Shown: in pieces, positions 49,326 to 59,008 of the stretch
How the letters are laid out: the number at the start of each line of letters is the position of its first letter
Position numbering within the stretch: position 1 is the stretch's first letter
Assembly: GCA_026196105.1 (NCBI GenBank)
Contig: JAPHRK010000050.1
Location: 1,455-65,454, forward strand
Direction: 5' to 3'
Length of the DNA stretch: 64,000 bases
From: Rhodospirillales bacterium
GTDB lineage: Bacteria > Pseudomonadota > Alphaproteobacteria > Rhodospirillales > JAPHRK01
Notes under the pieces: model-generated
What the model was told of the DNA's origin: nothing
The model's database searches: none
The model's input: the letters and a program-made list of their open reading frames with translations, nothing else
Program-made: the position numbers and the translations under genes

Positions 49326-50723
49326 TCAATCCCCCGTTAAAATTCGATCGACGAGCTCTTTAACTGTGGGAGTGTAACTGTTGGAAAAGAAGGGGTCGTC
49401 AGCATATTTGAAGGCGTTATGCCCTGCAAACATCAATTCGTTATCCAAGTCGCCACCATGGGCAATAGCTTGTAATGTTTTCTGAATACAGAAACTACGT
49501 GGATCAGCCATGCGTCCGGTCGTGCCTTTCTCATTGTCAGCCCAGTTGCTGAACATACACTGGCTTAAGCAGCCCATACAGGCTCGCTGATCTTCTCGAA
49601 TTTCGAGGGCTTCTTCTTCGGAACAGAAAACAAGGGTGCTGTCAGGAGTGCGTAGGGCAATGTCTTGTCCGGCATTCATCCATTTTTCTGCTTTAGCCTT
49701 AGCTTCAGCACTGACATGGAAAACGCGATTGCGTGGACCAATGGTTAGTTGTTCAGTGTTAGTTTCATCGGCTTTAGGAGCATAGGGAATTTGGCGTTCG
49801 CTACGGGCTTTAAGCTTATTGAGGAAGTTGTTTCGAACTCCGGAAGAATAGAAACCGGTGGGGCTGAATTTATTTAAATAAACATCCCCCTCCTTCAAAC
49901 TCATCAAGCGGCTTTGCCAGGCTTTAGAAATGGGGCTTTCTTGGGTTAGCAAAGCTCGGGTGCCAAATTGGAAAGCGATAGGGCCCAGCTCAGGGTTATC
50001 AAGCCAGTTTTCCCAATCGCGTAAATACCAAACGCCGCCAGCCATTACGATAGGAACATGCTCAAGACCAACTTCATTCATGAATTTGCGAAGCTCTGCC
50101 ACCCGTGGATAAGGGTCTTGAGGGACTTTAGGGTCTTCTACATTTGACAGGCCATTGTGTCCACCTGCTTTCCAAGGGTCTTCATAGACCACACCGCCAA
50201 GCCATTCGGGATAATTTTTAAAAGCGCGTTTCCACAAAGCCCTGAAAGCCCGCATAGAGGAAACGATAGGGAGGTAGTGAACCCCATATTCAGCCACGAT
50301 TTCAGCGACTTTATAGGGCATGCCAGCGCCACAGGTTACGCCGTGTAACTTGCCTTTGGTTTGCTCCAAAACACTCTTGAGGACGCGTTGAGTACCGCCA
50401 GCTTCCCACAACATATTAATATGGATACGACCATTACCCTGAGATTTTTCGTGGGCGAGGTTAACTTGGGTGACGCCACCTTTGATGGAGAAGTCGATCA
50501 TCTCTTCAAAGCGCTCACGACGAGTTTTTGCCGTATAGATTTGCGGGATTACGTCACCATTTTCATCATAGGAATCTGCATTAACAACAGATACAGTCCC
50601 CACAGCCCCCGCTGCAGCAAAAGCACCTGCGCTTAAACCGTTTGATACGGCAACCCCCTTGCCGCCTTCGATAATCGGGAAAACTTCCCGTCCGGAAATT
50701 AGAATCGGTTTAACGGTCTTCAC
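49326..50723 (-). CDS. nitronate monooxygenase (NMO/2-nitropropane dioxygenase) family flavoprotein, long form
   Basis: 465 aa with a GTG start preceded by AAGGAG. It has a TIM-barrel FMN pattern (PIIEGGKGVAVS, CGAGMP, MAGGVW). Confidence 0.7.
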   Translation of the reverse strand: MKTVKPILISGREVFPIIEGGKGVAVSNGLSAGAFAAAGAVGTVSVVNADSYDENGDVIPQIYTAKTRRERFEEMIDFSIKGGVTQVNLAHEKSQGNGRIHINMLWEAGGTQRVLKSVLEQTKGKLHGVTCGAGMPYKVAEIVAEYGVHYLPIVSSMRAFRALWKRAFKNYPEWLGGVVYEDPWKAGGHNGLSNVEDPKVPQDPYPRVAELRKFMNEVGLEHVPIVMAGGVWYLRDWENWLDNPELGPIAFQFGTRALLTQESPISKAWQSRLMSLKEGDVYLNKFSPTGFYSSGVRNNFLNKLKARSERQIPYAPKADETNTEQLTIGPRNRVFHVSAEAKAKAEKWMNAGQDIALRTPDSTLVFCSEEEALEIREDQRACMGCLSQCMFSNWADNEKGTTGRMADPRSFCIQKTLQAIAHGGDLDNELMFAGHNAFKYADDPFFSNSYTPTVKELVDRILTGD

Positions 50724-50785
50724 GCGTAGTCTCCTTTTACGGCGAGCATTGCTTTCCCCCCCATGGATAGAGCAATGCTTTTATT

Positions 50786-50815
50786 CATTTGAATATAGAT
50801 GATTTAATTCAAATG
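50786..50815. promoter_or_regulatory. 9-12-9 palindrome CATTTGAAT-N12-ATTCAAATG upstream of the NMO-family gene
   Basis: Perfect inverted repeat read from the sequence, 63-92 nt upstream of the GTG start at 50723. Confidence 0.25.
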
Positions 50816-50858
50816 CGAAGTTTGGAGTTGCTTCGATCACAAATTATTTCAATCTATG

Positions 50859-51569
50859 TCAGATGATCCTATCCATAGCGGGAGGCAGGTCGGTAAACAA
50901 GGAATCAATGCCCCAATGCCATAGTTTTTCGGCAATACCAGGATCATTCACTGTATATGCTAAAGCTAGGTATCCAGCTTCGCGAATCAACCTAATTTTG
51001 CTCTCGTCAATTTTGTGATGGTTTACGTGAATAGATTTGCAAGATAATTTTTGGGCTGTTGTGGCCCAATTAGGAGGAATATCTTCTAGTAATAATCCCC
51101 GTGGCAGGTGAGGGAGAAGTGACTTTGATGCCTTAAGCATGGTGGTGTCAAAACTGGAAATAAGGGGAAGAGGGAGGTTTTCAGGCCAATAGGCTTCTAA
51201 AAGATTGCGCAGTACCCGCACAGTCTCTCGTTCCATACCGATATTATCTTTAAGTTCGATATTAAGGCCTAGATCTCTTTTTATGCAGAGATCGATAACT
51301 TCTTTAAAAATAGGAATCGGTTGCCCGTTCCCAGCATCTAGGGAGGAGAGATCGGAGGTCTTTTTCTTGGTGACATCGCCAGTACCGTTTGTCGTTCGGC
51401 TTAAATTACGGTCATGGATGACAGCTAAATTGCTATCAGCAGTCAAGTAGAGGTCGAGCTCAATCCATGTGAGCCCAAGGTCGGCTGCGGCTTCAAAACT
51501 TACCAAGGTATTTTCTGGTGCTCTTGCCGCGGCACCTCTATGCCCAATGAGTTTTGGCAAAGTAATCAT
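50859..51569 (-). CDS. glycerophosphodiester phosphodiesterase
   Basis: 236 aa (GHRGAAARAPENTLVSF, ELDL, IHDRNLSRTTNG). Confidence 0.88.
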   Translation of the reverse strand: MITLPKLIGHRGAAARAPENTLVSFEAAADLGLTWIELDLYLTADSNLAVIHDRNLSRTTNGTGDVTKKKTSDLSSLDAGNGQPIPIFKEVIDLCIKRDLGLNIELKDNIGMERETVRVLRNLLEAYWPENLPLPLISSFDTTMLKASKSLLPHLPRGLLLEDIPPNWATTAQKLSCKSIHVNHHKIDESKIRLIREAGYLALAYTVNDPGIAEKLWHWGIDSLFTDLPPAMDRII

Positions 51570-51571
51570 AG

Positions 51572-51610
51572 AAAAACAAAAAGGGCAGCAGAATTAATCT
51601 GCCGCCCTTT
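51572..51610 (-). terminator. rho-independent terminator after pnp
   Basis: The minus strand reads GGGCGGCAGA-TTAAT-TCTGCTGCCC followed by TTTTTGTTTTT. Confidence 0.8.
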
Positions 51611-51635
51611 CCCTATTTGTGTAGAACTCAAGGAC

Positions 51636-53747
51636 CTAGCCCTCGACGATTTCCAGACCGGTTTCTTGATCAACTGCTTTAAGAGACAGTTTCACTTTAC
51701 CGCGGTCATCAATGCCGATGAGTTTCACTTTGATTTTGTCGCCAACAGTGAGAATGTCGGTCACTTTGTTGACACGCTCATTCGCTAATTGGCTGATGTG
51801 CACGAGGCCATCGCGGGCGCCCATGTAGTTAACAAAAGCACCAAAATCCATGATTTTAACAACGGTACCGTCGTAGATCACACCAACTTCAGGTTCAGCA
51901 ACAATGTCATTGATCATCTTGATGGCAGCTTCAGAAGCTGCATTATCAACTGCAGCAACTTTAACAACACCATCGTCATCAATGTCGATCTTTGCACCGG
52001 TATCTTCACAGATTTGACGGATCATTTTTCCGCCTGGGCCAATGATGTCACGGATTTTGTCTTTTTTGACATTAACCACAGTGATGCGTGGAGCGTTATC
52101 ACTTACGTCGTCACGAGCGGTAGACAGAGCTTTTTCCATTTCGCCAAGAATATGGATACGGCCGTCTTTAGCTTGATCAAGAGCGGTTTCCATAATTTCT
52201 TTGGTAATGGAGGTGATTTTAATGTCCATCTGAAGTGAGGTGATACCGTCTTTGGTACCCGCTACTTTAAAGTCCATGTCACCAAGGTGATCTTCGTCGC
52301 CCAGGATATCAGACAAGATGGCAATGCCTTCGTCTTCTTTGATCAAGCCCATCGCGATACCCGCAACAGGGTTTTTCAGAGGAACGCCAGCGTCCATCAT
52401 TGCCAAAGAGGCACCACAGACAGAAGCCATGGATGAAGAACCGTTAGACTCGGTGATCTCAGAAACAACCCGTGTGGTATAAGGGAAGTCTTCTTTAGAA
52501 GGCATCAGAGGATGTACAGCACGCCAAGCCAATTTACCGTGACCTACTTCACGACGACCGGTAAAGCCAGTACGACCTGTTTCACCAACTGAGTAGGGAG
52601 GGAAGTTGTAGTGCAGCATGAAGTGCTGACGGTATGAACCAGCGAGATCATCAATGATTTGCTCGTCTGAACCAGTGCCCAAGGTTGCAACAACTAGGGC
52701 TTGGGTTTCACCACGGGTGAACAGAGCAGAACCGTGTGCACGAGGCAGAATTCCTACATCACAGACGATTGGACGAACTGTTTTGGTATCGCGGCCATCA
52801 ATACGAATGCCGGTTTTGACCAAATCGCCACGGACAACTTTCTTTTCCAATGATTTGAAGCCATCGGAAATCATTTCACTTGGAACGTCTTCGTTGTCTT
52901 CAAAAGCTTCTTTAACCTTTGAGCGAACAGCGCTTACCATATCCTGGCGGGTTGCTTTGTCACTTTCTTTATAAGCAACACGAAGATCAGCTTCACCGAT
53001 TTCAGTAATCTTAGCTTTAACAGTGTCAAGATTTTCTGGTTCAGCAGGCATTTCCCAAGGATCTTTTGCACAAGCTTCAGCCATTTCGATGATCGCATCG
53101 ATAACTTTTTGGCATTCGGTGTGACCAAAGTTCACAGCACCGAGCATGACTTCTTCAGAAAGCTCAGTAGCTTCTGATTCAACCATCATAACGCCTTCTT
53201 GAGTTCCGGCCATGACCAGATCAAGAGTGGAGTCAGCCATTGCATCCATGGCGGGGTTAAGAACGTATTCGCCCTCGATGTAACCGATACGGGCGGCACC
53301 GATTGGTCCCATAAATGGCATACCAGACAGAGTAAGCGCAGCAGATGCGCCAATCATAGCTGGGATATCAGGGTCGTTTTCCATGTCGTGGGCAATAACC
53401 ATCAACATAACTTGGGTTTCGTTTTTAAAGCCCTTTGGGAACAAAGGACGGATCGGCCGATCGATCAAACGAGAAACAAGAGTTTCTTTTTCGCTTGGGC
53501 GGGCTTCACGTTTGAAAAAACCACCTGGAATTTTACCAGCTGCATAAGTTTTTTCAGTATAATTTACGGTCAATGGGAAGAAGTCGATGCCTTCTTTTGG
53601 TTTCTTAGCGGCAACGGCGGTGCAGAGCACCTTAGTTTCACCGTAAGTAACAATAACGGCGCTATCGGCCTGACGGGCGATGCGGCCTGTTTCGATAATA
53701 AGCGGACGGCCGCCCCAATCGATTTCTTTCCTGAATTCGTTAAACAT
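51636..53747 (-). CDS. pnp: polyribonucleotide nucleotidyltransferase (PNPase)
   Basis: 703 aa from the ATG at 53745-53747 ([16 protein letters not shown]...), with two RNase PH domains plus KH and S1. The track ORF adds 14 upstream codons that are unlikely to be real. Confidence 0.96.
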   Translation of the reverse strand: MFNEFRKEIDWGGRPLIIETGRIARQADSAVIVTYGETKVLCTAVAAKKPKEGIDFFPLTVNYTEKTYAAGKIPGGFFKREARPSEKETLVSRLIDRPIRPLFPKGFKNETQVMLMVIAHDMENDPDIPAMIGASAALTLSGMPFMGPIGAARIGYIEGEYVLNPAMDAMADSTLDLVMAGTQEGVMMVESEATELSEEVMLGAVNFGHTECQKVIDAIIEMAEACAKDPWEMPAEPENLDTVKAKITEIGEADLRVAYKESDKATRQDMVSAVRSKVKEAFEDNEDVPSEMISDGFKSLEKKVVRGDLVKTGIRIDGRDTKTVRPIVCDVGILPRAHGSALFTRGETQALVVATLGTGSDEQIIDDLAGSYRQHFMLHYNFPPYSVGETGRTGFTGRREVGHGKLAWRAVHPLMPSKEDFPYTTRVVSEITESNGSSSMASVCGASLAMMDAGVPLKNPVAGIAMGLIKEDEGIAILSDILGDEDHLGDMDFKVAGTKDGITSLQMDIKITSITKEIMETALDQAKDGRIHILGEMEKALSTARDDVSDNAPRITVVNVKKDKIRDIIGPGGKMIRQICEDTGAKIDIDDDGVVKVAAVDNAASEAAIKMINDIVAEPEVGVIYDGTVVKIMDFGAFVNYMGARDGLVHISQLANERVNKVTDILTVGDKIKVKLIGIDDRGKVKLSLKAVDQETGLEIVEG

Positions 53748-53898
53748 GCATTTTTCCTTACAACGTACGTACATATAGCTCGGACTCATTTCCGAGCTCT
53801 CAATGGATCGAGAAGTTTTTGTTTCCTATTTCCCCGATAGCCCCTCTCCCACAATATTGAATCTCAAGGAGAGTCCCCTTAGCATTTTCAAAGGGGGT

Positions 53899-53935
53899 GA
53901 AAAGAAGAAGGGCGCCCCTTTAAGAGAGCGCCCGA
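53899..53935 (-). terminator. terminator/attenuator hairpin after rpsO, within the pnp leader
   Basis: The minus strand reads GGGCGC-TCTCTTAAAGGG-GCGCCC followed by TTCTTCTTTTC. Confidence 0.6.
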
Positions 53936-53951
53936 CTTTAAAAACTTGTTT

Positions 53952-54221
53952 TTAGCGACGAAGGCCTAAACGTTCGATCAATGTAGCATAACGCTCACTG
54001 TTCTTGCGGTTTAGATAATCAAGCAAACGGCGGCGTTGACCAACCAACTTCAGCAGCCCACGACGGGAGTGAAAGTCTTTTTTATGCTCTTTCATGTGTT
54101 CGGTAAGATTGGTGATCCTCTCTGTGATGATCGCAACCTGTACTTCTGGTGACCCAGTATCGCCTTCTTTGGTGGCGTATTCTTTGACGACTTCGTCTTT
54201 CCGCTCTGCGGTAATCGACAT
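53952..54221 (-). CDS. rpsO: 30S ribosomal protein S15
   Basis: 89 aa ([19 protein letters not shown]...[12 protein letters not shown]). Confidence 0.97.
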   Translation of the reverse strand: MSITAERKDEVVKEYATKEGDTGSPEVQVAIITERITNLTEHMKEHKKDFHSRRGLLKLVGQRRRLLDYLNRKNSERYATLIERLGLRR

Positions 54222-54243
54222 CGTGCTCTCCTTAAAAAAGTCA

Positions 54244-55170
54244 TTACATATTCATGACCCGCACGGGTCGGATTTCTCCGCCTGTAATGCGTGCCAAAGC
54301 TAATAGCTTTCCAGATGCCATGGCACAGACAATGCTGTCTTGAGCCAAGTCTAAGTCTGGAAAACGGGTTGCCACATGCAGCAGGGAAACTCCCTGTCCG
54401 TTGTGCATGGTGCGGGCTTCTTCTTCCGTTAAGGCCAGTGCCGGGATGTCGTCCAGCGCGGTCTCGACGGGAAGTAGCCAATTTTCGGACGGCGCACTAT
54501 TCCCCAGAGCGCTTAGTTTATCAAGGGAAATCGCCATTTTTTCATCAAAAGGACCCACTCTGGTCCGTCTTAGGGCCACAATATGCCCAAAAGTCCCTAA
54601 TTTAAGGGCAAGGTCGCGGCCTAAGGCCCTTACATAAACACCTTTTCCACAGGAGACTCGAAACTCTGCATGGCTTTCATCAAGGCATTTAACCAGTTCA
54701 AATTCATCAACGCGCACGATGCGTGATTTGAGGGTGACTTCTTTGTCTGCCCGGGCCAGTGCATAGGCCCGTTCTCCATTCACCTTGATAGCGGAATATA
54801 TTGGAGGGGTCTGCTCAATTTCACCAATGAAACCTGAAAGGGCCTCTTTGATCTGGTCTTCAGTCGGGCGAACATTGCTTTGCTCAGTGACTTCACCTTC
54901 TGTGTCGTCTGTTTCAGTTGCTTCACCCCATTTAACCGTGAAGCAATATTCTTTGCTACCATCCATGGCGTAGGAAACAGTTTTTGTCGCTTCGCCAAGA
55001 GCAATGGGCAAAATACCTGTCGCTAATGGATCAAGGGTACCCCCATGTCCAACCTTAGCAGCTTGAGTAAAACGTCGAACGGCGCCGACCACTTGGTTCG
55101 ATGTCATTTCCAGAGGTTTGTCGATGGCAATCCAACCGTGGATCGGAAGACCTTTGCGTTTACGCCCCAT
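54244..55170 (-). CDS. truB: tRNA pseudouridine(55) synthase
   Basis: 308 aa ([18 protein letters not shown]). Confidence 0.95.
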   Translation of the reverse strand: MGRKRKGLPIHGWIAIDKPLEMTSNQVVGAVRRFTQAAKVGHGGTLDPLATGILPIALGEATKTVSYAMDGSKEYCFTVKWGEATETDDTEGEVTEQSNVRPTEDQIKEALSGFIGEIEQTPPIYSAIKVNGERAYALARADKEVTLKSRIVRVDEFELVKCLDESHAEFRVSCGKGVYVRALGRDLALKLGTFGHIVALRRTRVGPFDEKMAISLDKLSALGNSAPSENWLLPVETALDDIPALALTEEEARTMHNGQGVSLLHVATRFPDLDLAQDSIVCAMASGKLLALARITGGEIRPVRVMNM

Positions 55171-55567
55171 CTTCTTCGGCTTCGTTTAAAAGATCGCGGG
55201 CAACTTGAGGGTCGCGAAGCAAAGAATCAATATGGCTGGCTTCATCAAAAGTTTCGTCCGGCTGGAATGAAATCTTTGGAGTATGGCGTAGCTTAACCTT
55301 ACGTGACAATTCGCCCCGGAAGAAGTTTTTCGCTTTATTAAGCGCTTTAACGGCCCCTTCAGGATCTTTGCCGCCAAGTGGGGCAACAAAGACGGTTGCG
55401 TTTTTCAGGTCAGGACTGACCCGAACCTCCGTAACGGTAACAAGAAGATTAGACAAAGCGGGATCGTTGAAATCTGCACGTGACAAAACGATTGCTAAAT
55501 TGTGGCGTAACTCTTCCCCAACCCGTAATTGCCTTTGGCTAGGTGGCTTGCCTGTATTTCTTGCCAT
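55160..55567 (-). CDS. rbfA: 30S ribosome-binding factor RbfA
   Basis: 135 aa (RQLRVGEELRHNLAIVL...VTVTEVRVSPDLKNATVF). Confidence 0.93.
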   Translation of the reverse strand: MARNTGKPPSQRQLRVGEELRHNLAIVLSRADFNDPALSNLLVTVTEVRVSPDLKNATVFVAPLGGKDPEGAVKALNKAKNFFRGELSRKVKLRHTPKISFQPDETFDEASHIDSLLRDPQVARDLLNEAEEDGA

Positions 55568-55610
55568 TTCTTAGATCACTCTTATCGATTAGTAACCCTG
55601 ATTTTCTCTC

Positions 55611-55637
55611 GTCATTCCCGCGAAAGCGGGAATCCAG
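55611..55637 (+). repeat. REP-like palindromic unit GTCATTCCCGCGAAAGCGGGAATCCAG
   Basis: Internal dyad ATTCCCGC-GAAA-GCGGGAAT. It is the exact reverse complement of 55688-55714. Confidence 0.85.
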
Positions 55638-55687
55638 GAAAGCCGGATTAGAATTATGCAAGTTGATCACCGTTGACCCTTGCCACT

Positions 55688-55714
55688 CTGGATTCCCGCT
55701 TTCGCGGGAATGAC
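55688..55714 (-). repeat. REP-like palindromic unit (inverted copy)
   Basis: CTGGATTCCCGCTTTCGCGGGAATGAC, 27 of 27 positions complementary to 55611-55637. It lies 11 nt downstream of the infB stop. Confidence 0.85.
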
Positions 55715-55724
55715 CAATAGAGCT

Positions 55725-58340
55725 TTAATCCTCTTCCAACTGCCTTGCGACTTCTTTAACGTCGAAGCACTCAATAACATCACCAACTTGGATGTCGGAG
55801 TATTTGGCGAAGGACATACCACATTCGTAGCTTTCCTTAACCTCTTTAACTTCGTCTTTAAACCGTTGCAGGGTGGAGAGGTCACCTTCGTGAATGACGA
55901 CATCGTCACGCAGCAAGCGAACTTTAGAGCCCCGCTTAACGGTACCACTGGTAATCATACAACCAGCAACTTTACCGACCTTGGTAATGTTGAAGACGTT
56001 GCGAATTTCAGCGTAACCCAGGAAGTCTTCCTGTAGGGTCGGTGCCAGCATGCCTGAAAGGGCGTTTCTGAGGTCATCAACCACGTTGTAGATGATGGAG
56101 TAATAACGAATTTCGATTGAATCTCGTTTTGCCATATCCCGTGCTTGTGGGTTAGCGCGAACGTTAAAGCCGATAATCAAAGCACCAGAGGCACGAGCCA
56201 AGGTCACATCTGATTCGTTAACACCACCGACACCGCTGTGCAGGACACGGACTTTAACTTCATCGGTTGCCATCTTCTCTAAAGCACCGGCGATAGCTTC
56301 AATAGAGCCTTGAACATCAGCTTTGATGAGAACAGGGAGCTCTTGAATTTCACCTTCTTTGGCCTTGGCAAACATTTCTTCCAAGGTTCCACGAGAAGCT
56401 GCAGCCGCGCGAGCTTGGCGCTCTTTGCGTTCGCGGAATTCGGCCACTTCACGGGCACGGGCTTCTGAGGTTACAACGACTAAGTCATCACCAGCAGCAG
56501 GAGCCCCGTTGAGGCCCAAAACTTCGACTGGAACAGCTGGTCCAGCGTTATCAGCGGGACGGCCATGATCATCAACCAAGGCACGGACACGGCCCCACTC
56601 TTGACCAGCAACAATAATATCACCAACTTTTAGGGTACCACGTTGCACCAAGACAGTGGCAACCGTACCACGGCCCCGTTCCATTCTGGCTTCAACGATA
56701 ACGCCTTCGGCAGAACGGTTAGGGTTGGCTTTAAGGTCAAGAATTTCAGCTTGCAGCAAAATGGCTTCTTCAAGCTTGTCGAGATTTTCACGTTTCTTGG
56801 CAGAAACCTCAACCGCGAGGATATCTCCACCCATTTCTTCAACAACTAGCTCATGGCTTAGTAATTCAGTGCGCACCCGATTTGGGTCGGCACCTGGTAA
56901 ATCCATTTTGTTAATTGCAACAATGATGGGTGCGTTTGCAGCTTTAGCGTGGTGAATAGCCTCAATGGTCTGAGGCATAATGCCATCATCAGCAGCTACA
57001 ACCAAAACCACGAGATCGGTTACGCTGGCACCACGTGCCCGCATGGCACTAAAGGCTGCGTGACCAGGTGTGTCGATAAAGCTAATCTTGTCGCCACCTT
57101 CTAGGGTGACCTGATAAGCACCGATGTGCTGGGTAATGCCGCCGGCTTCACCACTGGCAATATCTGTTGAGCGCAAAGCATCCAAGAGGGAGGTCTTACC
57201 ATGATCAACGTGACCCATAACTGTCACAACAGGAGGACGAGGGAGTCGTTGAGCTTCCCGGTCTTTTTCACCGACAAGTCCGACTTCCACATCAGCTTCG
57301 CTAACCCGTTTAACTTTGTGGCCAAACTCCTCCACAACTAATTCAGCGGTGTCACCATCGATGGATTGAGTAATTGTTGCCATCACGCCGAGTTTCATCA
57401 GGGCTTTGATAACATTACCGCTTCGCTCAGCCATCCGGTTGGCAAGTTCTTGAACTGTTAGAACTTCAGGGATGATCACGTCACGGACGAATTTCTCATC
57501 ACGGTTGAGAAGGGCTTGTTGTTTGAGTTTTTCTTTCTCACGGGCTCGTTTAACGGAGGCCAAAGAACGTGTACGACCTCTGCCATCAGCATTATCCAGA
57601 GCTTGGTTGATGGTCATTTTACCACCACGACGACGTGAGTCTCCGCGCTTAGCTGGTGCCCGACGAGGCTCTTCAACTTTTTGTGGCCCAGCCTTTTGAG
57701 GCATCGGTTTCTTAGCCCGTGCTGGAGCAGGATCTTTGGCATCAACTGTCAGAGTTTTCTTAGGAGCAGCAGCAGGAGCTGATTTTTTAGGCTCTGGTTT
57801 TTCTTCTTTGACCGGAGCGGCCTCAACGGTATTTTCAGTTTTAGCTTCTTCTTCAGCTTTTTTCGCTGCTTCTGCTTCTTCCTTTTGGCGTGCTTCTTCT
57901 TCAGCTTGGCGCTTTAAGGCTTCCTCAGCTTCTCTTTCAGCTCGTTTCGTCGCTTCGATTTGTTCGTTCTTTGCAGCTTCTTCTTGTGCTTTTTTAGCAC
58001 CCTGCAAAGCCCGAACACGAGCGGCTTTTTCTTCGTTGGTCAGGTTGCCCTTTGGTTTTTCAACGACAGGGGCTTTGGGCTTCTCCACTTTAACAACAGG
58101 AGGAGCAGCTTCTTCCTTTGGCTCAACAAGAGGGATCGGTGCGTCCTTGACTTCTTTCATCCGGCCGCCTTCGGCCTGGGTGTAAGTCCGCTTTTTCTTT
58201 ACCTCAACGGTTACCGACTTGGAACGGCCATGGGAGAAGCTTTGCTTGACTTGGCCAGCTTCGATCGTCTTGTTAAGCTCCAACTTTCCGGGCCTTGAGA
58301 GGCTCAGAGTTTTTTTGCCGTCAGTTTTCTCGTCCGTCAT
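55725..58340 (-). CDS. infB: translation initiation factor IF-2
   Basis: 871 aa with a charged low-complexity N-terminal region and the GTPase domain ([25 protein letters not shown]). Confidence 0.97.
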   Translation of the reverse strand: MTDEKTDGKKTLSLSRPGKLELNKTIEAGQVKQSFSHGRSKSVTVEVKKKRTYTQAEGGRMKEVKDAPIPLVEPKEEAAPPVVKVEKPKAPVVEKPKGNLTNEEKAARVRALQGAKKAQEEAAKNEQIEATKRAEREAEEALKRQAEEEARQKEEAEAAKKAEEEAKTENTVEAAPVKEEKPEPKKSAPAAAPKKTLTVDAKDPAPARAKKPMPQKAGPQKVEEPRRAPAKRGDSRRRGGKMTINQALDNADGRGRTRSLASVKRAREKEKLKQQALLNRDEKFVRDVIIPEVLTVQELANRMAERSGNVIKALMKLGVMATITQSIDGDTAELVVEEFGHKVKRVSEADVEVGLVGEKDREAQRLPRPPVVTVMGHVDHGKTSLLDALRSTDIASGEAGGITQHIGAYQVTLEGGDKISFIDTPGHAAFSAMRARGASVTDLVVLVVAADDGIMPQTIEAIHHAKAANAPIIVAINKMDLPGADPNRVRTELLSHELVVEEMGGDILAVEVSAKKRENLDKLEEAILLQAEILDLKANPNRSAEGVIVEARMERGRGTVATVLVQRGTLKVGDIIVAGQEWGRVRALVDDHGRPADNAGPAVPVEVLGLNGAPAAGDDLVVVTSEARAREVAEFRERKERQARAAAASRGTLEEMFAKAKEGEIQELPVLIKADVQGSIEAIAGALEKMATDEVKVRVLHSGVGGVNESDVTLARASGALIIGFNVRANPQARDMAKRDSIEIRYYSIIYNVVDDLRNALSGMLAPTLQEDFLGYAEIRNVFNITKVGKVAGCMITSGTVKRGSKVRLLRDDVVIHEGDLSTLQRFKDEVKEVKESYECGMSFAKYSDIQVGDVIECFDVKEVARQLEED

Positions 58341-58364
58341 TTCAGCCCGACTTCCATCAAATTC

Positions 58365-58988
58365 TTAATCTTGCGCTTCTTCATTATCATCTTGGTTCTG
58401 TAGCATTGCCCGAAACCCAACGAGTTTCTCACAATGCCCCAGCACCTTCTCGGCCAATCCACGAGAGGAAAGGACAAGGTGAACCGTATTGTCCCGACCA
58501 ATTGCGGCGGCAAGCTCATCACTCCTAAAGAGTTCCACCAAAGGAACCGTCGGCGCGAGAGCCTTAATCTTTCTTCGACCATCTTCGGCCCCGTCAGAGG
58601 CCGCAAATAATATACTGACCTTATTGTGGTTTATGGACTGGTCCTTAAGACAGGCTCTAACTTTTTCATAACCTGCTACAACCTTCCCTGAGCGCCGTCC
58701 CAATCCAATAAGATCAAGACATCTGCCGACCAAGAGAGCTTCGATTGTGTCGGCCAAATCAACTGGCACAACAACCTTCTTTTTTGCTCCTTTGGCAAAG
58801 GCATTTTTCCCACAGGCAGTGTTAACTACGTCGCGGGTAGCACTCAACCACAATCCCCGCCCAGGAAGCTTTCCCTCAATATCAGGGACAACTTCTTGAT
58901 TAGGGCCGACCACAAAGCGTATCAAATTCTCCTTGGGAAGAACTTCACCAGTAACCAGACATTTACGCTGGGGCTGTTCGTCCTTCAT
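58365..58988 (-). CDS. ylxR: YlxR (DUF448) RNA-binding protein fused to an L7Ae/YlxQ-like domain
   Basis: 207 aa. The N-terminal part is RKCLVTGEVLPKENLIRFVV...GRGLWL. The C-terminal part is GLGRRSGKVVAGYEKV...ILFAASDGAEDG. It sits between nusA and infB. Confidence 0.8.
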   Translation of the reverse strand: MKDEQPQRKCLVTGEVLPKENLIRFVVGPNQEVVPDIEGKLPGRGLWLSATRDVVNTACGKNAFAKGAKKKVVVPVDLADTIEALLVGRCLDLIGLGRRSGKVVAGYEKVRACLKDQSINHNKVSILFAASDGAEDGRRKIKALAPTVPLVELFRSDELAAAIGRDNTVHLVLSSRGLAEKVLGHCEKLVGFRAMLQNQDDNEEAQD

Positions 58989-59008
58989 CAGGGCTGATCC
59001 GTTTTGCT

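Noticed and set aside
57736-58185. Antisense 149-aa Ala/Ser-rich ORF (and 57960..58298) opposite infB.
   Set aside because: It mirrors the low-complexity Glu/Ala/Lys-rich IF-2 N-terminal region. There is no independent start signal or motifs.
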